Assembly: GCA_963849325.1 (NCBI GenBank)
Contig: CAWKHF010000007.1
Span: forward strand, 1 to 64,000
From: an uncultured Planctomycetota bacterium
GTDB lineage: Bacteria > Planctomycetota > Planctomycetia > Gemmatales > Gemmataceae
Length of the DNA stretch: 64,000 nt
Reading direction: 5' to 3'
The position numbers and the translations under genes are program-made. This document shows positions 1 to 7,849 of this stretch, piece by piece. Each line of letters starts with the position of its first letter. Positions within the stretch are counted from its first letter, which is position 1. The notes beneath the pieces are model-generated. The model saw nothing but the letters and a program-made list of their open reading frames with translations, was not told the origin of the DNA and ran no database searches.

Positions 1-41
1 TATACTTGAAAGCGCAGACCATCGGCTTTACTGCGGAGGCC

Positions 42-283
42 ATGGCGAGAAAGAAGACGACGGCTTTGTTGCCCATCTTCGGGAATACCGAACCGCTGCC
101 GGTCTCGCTCAGGCCGATTTCACCGAGAAAGCAGGCCTGCATCTGCCCGGATTAACGAAGCTCGAGCAAGGCAACCGAGAGCCATCATCGGCTACAGCGA
201 TGGCCTTCGCCGACGCTCTTGGCATTTCCTGCGAAGAGTTAGCAGAGAGCTGTCTGCCGCCGCCCAGGCCGAAGCCTGGCTGA
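42..283 (+). CDS. XRE/Cro-CI family HTH regulator (start out of frame with the body)
   Basis: Frame +2 reads HLREYRTAAGLAQADFTEKAGLHLPGLTKLEQGNREPSSATAMAFADALGISCEEL to TGA 281-283. The ATG at 42, with GGAGG upstream, is in another frame. Missed by the ORF track. Confidence 0.75.
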
Positions 284-480
284 AGGGCCGACCTCGGCAG
301 GACGTGCCGGCCGCCACGCCGGAGCCGGCAGGAAGGGCAGGAAGCGGAAGGAGATCGAACCGCGACTGCCCCGCCCGATCGCACCATTCGCTCTCTACCG
401 TGTCCAGCGATTCGACCCGCCCCCGATTGCCTTCCGCAGCTGCACGCGCCGCCACGGCGTGCCGGCGCTAGGATGACCGC

Positions 481-699
481 ATGAAACCTTCTCTCCTCTT
501 CTTGCTGCTCGCGCTCGACCGCGCCGGCCCCCGCCAACATACCGCCCGCACCCTCTCCCGAGCTGGCCCGCGTCCACGACTGGCACGGTGACGGAGGCGT
601 GTCCAGGCCTGGCTGTACCCGCTGGTGGAGGACAAGAAGGGCGGCGGCGGGAAAGAGGAGGACAAATGGGACAGGAGGAAAGCGAAGAGCACCAGCTGA
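481..699 (+). CDS. Small hypothetical protein with hydrophobic N-terminus (frameshifted)
   Basis: ATG 481 MKPSLLFLLLAL; any continuation needs frame changes. Confidence 0.25.
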
Positions 700-779
700 G
701 CGGCAGTTGCAGACTCGCTGGCAACTGCTACAGCTTAACGCCGTGTCCCGAGGGGAGGGGTTCCCGGCTAAATTTTTTC

Positions 780-808
780 TTGTTTTGCGGGCGGATCGCT
801 GATAGTAT
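780..808 (+). promoter_or_regulatory. Putative sigma70-type promoter for the AlpA-primase operon
   Basis: TTGTTT(780-785), 17-bp spacer, TAGTAT(803-808), with TG at 800-801 (extended -10) and a T-tract upstream. Confidence 0.5.
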
Positions 809-1224
809 CTGAGTAGGGTAGCGCGTCCCCAGTCAGACCGAAACCGCTGCCCGACGGTTCGCAAGACCGGCCGACCACTGCAGCCGGTCCCCGCGGCAAG
901 CAGGAGCAAGGAAACCGCTGGTCCGCTTGTTGACTCCCAACGGGGGAGCACTGCGCACCGCAGGAATCATTGCATCCGACTCGGCCTCGCGGACCGGCCG
1001 CTTTTTTTTCCCGATGAAAAAACCGGGGGCGAACTGGATCTAGCTGGCGCCACTCTGGCCGAGAACGTCAGCGACGAGCCAGCCTGCCTCTGACCCTGAC
1101 CAGGCACGCCGTCGGCGGCCCGGCAGGAGGGGGCATCATACCTACCCCTCTCCCGCCTGTCGCCGCCGATCGCGCGCCGCAACCTTCGGAGCGCTATCAC
1201 CACTCCTCTACCACTCGCCGCCAG

Positions 1225-1448
1225 TTGCCCCATCGCCTGACCAGGGAGGAGACCTGTCGAATCCTCAGCGTCTCCGGAGTCGCCTCGACCGGCTCCGGGA
1301 GAGGCGGATTTTCCGGCGCCGTTCCGCTACGCCGCGAAGGAAGCTCATCTGCGATCAGGCCGAGATGGTGGCCTGGATGGAGGCCCACCGCGAGCGAACC
1401 GCACAGGAGGAGGAGGCTGAAAAGGGGAGGGCGAGCCGTGACGAGTGA
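1225..1448 (+). CDS. AlpA/excisionase-like HTH protein 1 (frameshifted)
   Basis: LPHRLTREETCRILSVS..., then in other frames LDRLRERRIF...RKLICDQAEMVAWMEAHR to TGA 1446-1448. Confidence 0.6.
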
Positions 1449-1523
1449 CAGCCGCCCGTCGTCGCCATCGGCCGCGCCTCGGCAGCGCCCCCCTCGGAAC
1501 CTGCCGGCGCTGCGCCGGCCGAG

Positions 1524-1766
1524 TTGCCGCCGCTGCTGGTGCGCCGCCGCGAGGCCGCCAAGCTGTGCGCGATGAGCCGCGCCGCCTGGGATCGGCTCGT
1601 GAGCGCAGCCCTCACGCCCGCCCCGTTGGAAGTCGGCGCCGGCGTCCTCGTCTGCGCACTGGCGGACCTCGCCCTGTGGGTGGAACTGGGCTGTCCGGCC
1701 CGCCGCGAATTCGAGGCAAGGCGAACCGCCGCGCCGGCGGACGTTGACAGTCGCGCACGGCACTGA
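1524..1766 (+). CDS. AlpA-family HTH protein 2
   Basis: LLVRRREAAKLCAMSRAAWDRLVSAALTPAPLEVG...LALWVELGCP matches the AlpA winged-HTH pattern. Confidence 0.75.
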   Translation: MPPLLVRRREAAKLCAMSRAAWDRLVSAALTPAPLEVGAGVLVCALADLALWVELGCPARREFEARRTAAPADVDSRARH

Positions 1767-2058
1767 CCACGCCGACACGGGCGGCCGCAACGTCGGCGGT
1801 CTCCAGCCGCTGCCGCGCATCGCGCCGTCCGCCTGATCGACGACGCAGACACGTCGAGGACATGACCGACGGCGGGATAGCGGTTGTCGCCATGCACGGC
1901 GAAAGTGAAAACGCGAACAGCGACGTTCATCGCGTCGCTGTCGCAAGAGGCAATCGCTGTGAGAGACACCAGTAGTATAAGCTCCGCTAATAGTATTATC
2001 CACCCCGACACCCCCCATCCGCGGCCAGCACGCCGCCAACGGCACCGCACCCTGACGG

Positions 2059-3100
2059 TTGCGTGGACCTGGCGGCCGTCGCGGCTGCATGGCGAGCCGA
2101 GCAATCCCGCTGGCAAAATGGGTGTGGCAACATCTGATCAACCGACGCGACGTGTGGGGTGGGTATCGCCCCCTGCGCCAACGCGGCCAGACCTGGATAG
2201 ACGCCGAGGGCCACGAACACACCTACGGCGCGGCACGGACGCTGCCCGATCGGCGGCAGCGTGGTCGCGTCCAGCTGTCGCCGACACACCTGGTCCGCCA
2301 TTTCTCGGCCGGCGATGATCCGCAAGCTATCGTCGGCCTGCACAGCACGAGCGAGGACAACACCTGTCGATGGTTCAACATAGGCGTCGACTGGCACGTC
2401 GAGGGTGACGACGGCGGAGAGGGGCCAGCAGCGAATTGGCGAGCCGCCCGCGGCTGGTACAACGAACTCCGGAGCCTCGGAACCTCCCCCTGCTCAAGGA
2501 CTCCGACGGACGCGGCAGCTATCATCTCCAGCTGATCCTGTCGGCACCTGTCCCGGCGCCGATCATCCACGCATTCGTGCAACTGCTGGTGTCGGACTAC
2601 GCGCAGTACGGACTACCCCAGGCACCTGAGACATTCCCGCGCAACCGAGCATCGAGAATGTGAGATATGGCAACTGGCTGCGACTCCCCGGCCGCCATCA
2701 CACGCGGCCACATTGGTCGCGGGTATGGGACGGTGACAGCGAGCGCTGGGCTCGAGGGTGCCGAGGCGGTGGCGGCGATCCTCGCCATCCAGCCGTCGCC
2801 GCCGGCGATCATCGAACACGCGACCGAAGGGCTGGTGCGCCCGTGCGGCGATCAGTGGGGCGCCGCCGCACCTGCCCCGGACAGGTCCGCCTCGACGCGG
2901 CAACGGGGCGACGGAGTCTCAGCGGGGCGGCACAACGCGCTCGTGCCGAGCTCGCCCGCTATCGCACCGCCGGCGTAGACGATCGCGGAATCGCCGAGAT
3001 GGCGGACGTGCTCAACGCCTCAATGTTCTATGTCCCCCTGCCGCGCGACGAGGTAGACGGGATCGTTCGCTGGATTATCGGGAGACCAATCGGCACAGGT
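2059..3100 (+). CDS. Archaeo-eukaryotic primase (TOTE-like AEP) with PriCT-1-like domain, frameshifted
   Basis: Stitched motifs: INRRDVW; RHF; VGLHSTSEDNTCRWFNIGVDWH (motif I, G at the first Asp); DSDGRGSYHL (motif II); ETFP; YGNWLRLPG (motif III); GRHNAL...LNASMFYVPLPRDEVDGIVRWI (PriCT-1-like). Confidence 0.75.
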
Positions 3101-3177
3101 GAGGAAGAGGGGCGGTCGATCGGCTCTGCCCTCCGCGGCGCATCGATTGGGCCGATGAGCTGGCCGGCCAGCTCGCC

Positions 3178-4205
3178 ATGCACGCGCCGCCGCCGCCGGA
3201 TTTTTCGCCCGTGGACCCCGCCGAGTGGTTTCCCGAGCCGGAGGAGAGCGCACCATCGGCGCGGCGATCGCCGCTGTGGACGCCGAGGCGACAGAGGCAG
3301 AGGAAAGCCGACACGCGGCAGCCGAACGTCATCGGCAGCTGTACGGCGATGATGAGCAGATCGTTGCGGCAACGAACGATCGGTCCCGATGGCGCGGAAT
3401 CCGTGGTGTCCTCGGCCATCGCAGCCGATCGTGACGGGGAGGCGGTGCGACAGGACCCAACCAAAATGCTACGGCCGCGCTGCCGTAACTGGTGTTGCCC
3501 CGCCTGCCTGCACTGGCGGATAGCGCACTACATGCCGAACGTCGAGGCGCACCTGAACGCGGCAGCATGGTCGGGGCAACCGCTCCGCCTGTTGGTCGTG
3601 CCGAACACGGTCCGCCCCGCGCCCGGACCCGGCAGAGGATCGGCCGCGCTGGCCGCGACTATTTTTGCGTGTTTGATGCCGACGATCGCGTCTTCGTCAC
3701 AACTGACACGAGCCAGGGCGGAGTGCCGGTCACGGCCGAGGATGCCATCGCGTACGTCCGCGCGCGACTGGAGGAGTGGACAGGGAGTAGGCAGGCGCAC
3801 CCGATCAGCACCAGCAGGCGCTGGATGCATCCCGGGGACGAACAGGATGAGGAGGAGCGTGACGTCCGGCTCGGCTACGGGGTTGCGGGGTTGTTCGACG
3901 ACCCGGAGCGAATTCAGCGCATGGTCGCGGCAGCTGGGTATGAGGCGATAGGCTGGGCATCGGGGAGAAGGGCGCGCGGCGTGGCTTGCTGGACGGCTGG
4001 CGTTTCACGCCGATAGAGGCGCATGGAGGCGAGAGTCGGCGGTGTGGTGGACGCGGGAGAGCACCTGTTGCACATGCTCGCCACGGGCGACGTGATCGAG
4101 GCGTGGGGAGTGGCGCGTTTTCGACGCTGGAGAAACGAACGGCAGGAGGGGGCGCTGGCTGGAGTCGCCGACGAGGGCTGGGGGGAGCAATGGGGGACTG
4201 GTTAA
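3178..4205 (+). CDS. Hypothetical Cys-rich protein or C-terminal part of the primase protein (frameshifted)
   Basis: Fragments across frames: NPWCP...RPRCRNWCCPACLHWR; GRDYFCVFDADDRVFV; HPISTSRRW; ends ...GEQWGTG at TAA 4203-4205. Confidence 0.5.
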
Positions 4206-4268
4206 CGGTTGTCACCAAAGCCCCTGATACCAGATCTATGTAGCTATCAGGGGCTTTGGTGACAACCG
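4206..4268. repeat. Perfect 24-bp inverted repeat with 15-nt spacer; candidate replication origin
   Basis: CGGTTGTCACCAAAGCCCCTGATA (4206-4229) / TATCAGGGGCTTTGGTGACAACCG (4245-4268). Confidence 0.9.
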
Positions 4269-4451
4269 GCCCCCCCACGCGGATGCCCACGCCTGGGGAA
4301 CAGAGAGGGACAGCACGCGCGAGAGAGAGAGCTGTTCTCAGCAACCGCGCTCATCGTCCGCACCGAGCGCAACGCGCGTCAGCGCTACCAGGCCGATAGA
4401 GGAGGTGCAACATGCCGCCGAGCCGCGACCGCAGCCTCGACAACCGCGACC

Positions 4452-4680
4452 GTGACCGCACCCGTGAGACCTGGCCGTGTCCGCGTGCAGCTGCCGGCCG
4501 GCCTGCCCAACCCTGGCCGCTTCGTGGCCCGCTTGCTCAAGCACCTGCTGCGCACCTGGGGCGTGCGATGTATGGCCGTGCTCGACGCGCCGCCGGAGCC
4601 GCCGGAGCCGTCGGCTCAACGGGAGGCAACCTCGGTGCCTCAGTCGCCCCAGGCGCCCAGACGCCGGCCGGGGCGTGCCG
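4452..4680 (+). CDS. Small hypothetical element protein (end uncertain)
   Basis: RVRVQLPAGLPNPGRFVARLLKHLLRTWGVRCMAV looks protein-like; GAGGAGG RBS near 4400. The rest of that ORF is antisense to the TA genes. Confidence 0.4.
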
Positions 4681-4725
4681 CTGTCGCGGATGCTGCTGTC
4701 GCGGATGCCGCTGTCGCGGATGCCG
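4676..4725. repeat. 15-bp tandem repeat x3
   Basis: CTGTCGCGGATGCYG at 4681, 4696 and 4711. Confidence 0.9.
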
Positions 4726-4755
4726 AAGGGAGGAGCGAACGATGCGCGCGCAGGA

Positions 4756-5153
4756 CTAACGACTCCCCACCGTCGCGGGGGCGGCCGGGCCGTTGGCGTC
4801 CTCCAGGCGCAGACCAGGCGCTTGCCCAAGGCTTGCGCGTAGCGCAGGACCAGCTCCATCGTGAGGGCATCCGGGCCGCCGCTCTCCAGGCGTTGCCAAA
4901 CCGCCGCGTCCAACCCGGTTCGCATCGCCAGCTCGGACAGGCTCAGGCCGGACGCCTCGCGGACGCGGCGCAAGTCGGCGCACAGGCGGAGAATGTCCAG
5001 GTAGACGCCGTGCGGTATGGGAGGCGTGTATTCCCCCGACGCTACCAGTTGTTCCAGCGACGGGCGTTCGCGTTGGAAGCGATCGCGGAGTTCCTTTTGC
5101 CGTTGGCGTTCTTCCGGCGTCAGGGTCGCCGGGCGATGGATGTGTTCGCTCAT
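4756..5153 (-). CDS. XRE-family HTH protein, probable antitoxin
   Basis: LRRVREASGLSLSELAMRTGLDAAVWQRLESG...LRYAQALGKRL; probable frameshift near 4805 into the frame ending at 4756. Confidence 0.8.
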
Positions 5154-5162
5154 GCTCGTCTC

Positions 5163-5441
5163 CTAGTCCGGTCGCGGCGGGGGCGCTTCAAAGGCCGTGA
5201 TCGGACGGAAGCTGAGAGGATCGTCCGATACCAGCTCGTACGCCACGGCGATATAGCGGCCTGTGGAAGTCCAGCCGAAGGTAATCGGTTCCCCGCTGCT
5301 GCGGCTGAGTACCGATTCGGCGTGATGGTCCCGCAGCACTTCCTCGACTTCCTCGGCCGTGATGCCGTGGCCCTCGACGACGATGTGCCACCAATTGCCA
5401 TCCGGATCATCTTCCAAATCCCAGATGATCGCCGGCATCAT
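5163..5441 (-). CDS. BrnT/DUF4258-like RelE-fold toxin
   Basis: IIWD...NWWHI...HGITAEEVEEVL...FGWTSTGRYIAVAYE...RPITAF. Confidence 0.75.
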   Translation of the reverse strand: MMPAIIWDLEDDPDGNWWHIVVEGHGITAEEVEEVLRDHHAESVLSRSSGEPITFGWTSTGRYIAVAYELVSDDPLSFRPITAFEAPPPRPD

Positions 5442-5718
5442 GCGAAAAACTCCGCTGTCGAGAAAGGCCGTCCTCGCTTGAAGCTTCTTCTGCCAGCAGG
5501 GCTTGCTCGATTTCGTCCTGGTGCGTCTGGTAGTACCACCAGGCCGCTTGCAAGTCGGCCAGCGTCAAATCGGGATGGTGCTCCAGGATGCGCTCGTCCG
5601 ACAGACCCAGCCGTTTCCATTCCACCAGGCCATGTACGGTATAGCGCGTGCCTCGGATGCGCGCGTCGCCGCCGCATACGTCGGGGGCATGTTCGATCCA
5701 GCTGGTTGAGGCATTCAT
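5407..5718 (-). CDS. DUF433 domain protein (antitoxin-like)
   Basis: IEHAPDVCGGDARIRGTRYTV...LSDERILEHHPDLTLADLQAAWWYY. Confidence 0.9.
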   Translation of the reverse strand: MNASTSWIEHAPDVCGGDARIRGTRYTVHGLVEWKRLGLSDERILEHHPDLTLADLQAAWWYYQTHQDEIEQALLAEEASSEDGLSRQRSFSHDAGDHLGFGR

Positions 5719-6051
5719 CGTTTTTCGTGGCGTCCAAACCGGGACGCTCCACCCGCCCGCCGCGGACCCCGGCCGGTTCGCTGCCGTGGGGCGCCCGAAA
5801 GGCGCCAAGCCGTTCTCGACTCTACTCTACCGCGCCGCCTGCGCCGTGGATAGCCGGCAAGCGTCCTCAACCGACCTCACGCATCCTCAATCGTCGCCAA
5901 TCGCCACGGCAGCGCCCGCCGTCCGGCCTGCCGACCTTGGTTCACTCGCCCTGCCGTCGTACACTGTGTTCTGGTCGATCCTTTTCGTTGGCCGCACCTT
6001 CGGACCTGGGAAGCCGGAGGTGCGGCCGACCTTCCCAGAAAGGACTGTCCC

Positions 6052-7619
6052 ATGCCCCATCTGCGCAAAATCCCCTACACCAAACCCGTCCCCGCCGGCG
6101 CGACCATCCACACGCGCAAGGGTCAGCGCTCGCACGCTGGACCGACCGCCGCGGCAAGCTCCGCGAGGCCGAGTTGACCGAGGACGGCTGCCGCATCCGC
6201 CAGCTCTCGCGCAAATGGTACGGCGAGTACATCGACGCCGACGGCCGGCCGCAGTGCGTGCCGCTGGCCGCGGACAAGACGGCCGCCCAGCAGCTGCTCG
6301 CCGCCCTGACACGCAAGGCCGAGATGGGCAAGGCCGGTCTGGTGGACCCCTTTGAGCAACACCGCAAGCGGCCCTTGAGCGAACACCTTGCAGACTTCAT
6401 CAGCGAGCTGAGGGCCAAGGGCGACGATCCGCGACACGTCGCCATTGTCGCGTCACGTCTGACAGCCTTGCTGGACGGCTGCAACTTCGTCTTCCTGGCC
6501 GACGTGTCCGCCTCCCGCGTCATGGATTGGTTGGAACGCCTGCGCCGCGATCGGATGCCGTCCGAGTTGCCCGTGGGGCAAGAGTGGTTCACGTTGCGGG
6601 AGAGCGCCGCCCTGCTGGGCATCCAGACGGCCTCTGTGGGGACGGCCGTGCGCCGGCACCGTCTCTCCGCCGAGGGCAACGGCAAGGCCCGGCGGCTTCC
6701 GCGCGCGACCGTCGAGGCGCTGCAGGAGCGATTAGGCCGTGGGGCGAGCGTGCAAACGACGAATCAATACTTGGGACACGTCAAGGCGTTCTGCGCCTGG
6801 CTGGTCAGGGACAATCGCGTGGCAGGCAACCCGCTGACCCACCTGGAGCCTGGCAACCATCAGGTGGATCGCCGACATGACCGCCGCGAGTTGACGGAGG
6901 ACGAATTGCACCGCCTGCTGACCGCCGCCTGCGCCAGCACACGAACCTTTCGCGGCCTGACGGGATGGGACCGCTACCACCTGTACGCCACGGCTTGCGG
7001 GACGGGTTTCCGTGCTCGCGGCCTGGCCTCCCTGACGCCGGAGAGCTTCGACCTGGAAGCGGAGATTCCCACCGTCACCTTGTCGGCCCGGCGGAACAAA
7101 AGCCGCGTCCTGAAAGTGCAACCCATCCCCGCCGACGTGGCGGAGCTGCTGCGCGCTTACCTCGGCGATCGGTCGTCTGGTCAACCCGTCTGGGGTGGAA
7201 CGTGGGCGACGGGAGGGAAGGGCGCCGAGATGCTACGGATTGACCTGGACGCCGCCGGCATCTCCTACGTTGTCGAGGGACCGGACGGGCCACTGCACGC
7301 CGACTTCCACGCCCTGCGACACACCTACCTGACGCTGGGCGGACGGGCCGGTATCGACCTCCGCACCTTACAGGAGCTGGCCGGTCACAGCTCGCCCGTT
7401 CTCACAGCCCGCTATTCTCATCGCCGGTTGTACGACCTGGCCGGCGCCGTCCGCGACCTGCCGCGCCTCCTGCCGACACTGGACGACGAAAACCAGGTCG
7501 AGACCGCCGTCCTCCGGACCACGGGAACGGACGCCACCGAACGGCCGTTCACCGAAAGCTCGGCCCGGCTTGCGCCCGAAATGAGGAAACATGCGGACAG
7601 TCGAGGACGGTTGAGGTAA
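6052..7619 (+). CDS. Tyrosine recombinase/integrase with internal HTH insertion (frameshift near 6130)
   Basis: Catalytic residues GTGFR, RNKSR, FHALRH, LAGHS, ARYSH. ATG 6052 follows AAGGA. Confidence 0.93.
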
Positions 7620-7716
7620 TGGCCCGTGAAAGCACGCGGGGACGTGTCGGTACGGAAGCCTCGATTTTGCTGGGGTTTGGGGAGTCGTGCGGACCAATGA
7701 GGACGGATGAGGAAGG

Positions 7717-7791
7717 GGTGGGTGACCGGACTCGAACCGGCGACATTCAGATCCACAGTCTGACGCTCTAACCAACTGAGCTACACCCACC
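7717..7791 (-). tRNA. tRNA-His(GUG)
   Basis: G(-1)GTGGGTGTAGCTCAGTTGGTTAGAGCGTCAGACTGTGGATCTGAATGTCGCCGGTTCGAGTCCGGTCACCCAC-C73. CCA is not encoded (CCT follows). Confidence 0.97.
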
Positions 7792-7849
7792 AGATCAATT
7801 GAATCATAACTTTCCCGACGATTTTGGCAAGGTGCTCTCTCCTTGTGGC

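Larger units (their letters stand above)
1..7716. mobile_element. Integrative element (satellite/IME-like) inserted at the 3' end of tRNA-His; left end lies outside the window
   Basis: A tyrosine integrase ends ~100 bp from the tRNA-His 3' end. Upstream are XRE, AlpA-like HTHs, an AEP primase and TA genes. No second copy of the tRNA 3' end was found in 1-7700. Confidence 0.8.

Noticed and set aside
3178-4205. IS91 transposase or HUH rolling-circle Rep
   Set aside because: Only the Cys motif resembles them; no HUH or catalytic Tyr motif was identified.
4676-4725. 15-bp repeats as replication iterons
   Set aside because: GC-rich, abutting, and lying between convergent gene ends ~400 bp from the hairpin; more like a simple tandem duplication.
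4452-7619. 1055-aa giant integrase ORF
   Set aside because: The first ~530 aa run antisense through three real TA genes. The integrase starts at ATG 6052 with its own RBS and a nearby frameshift.
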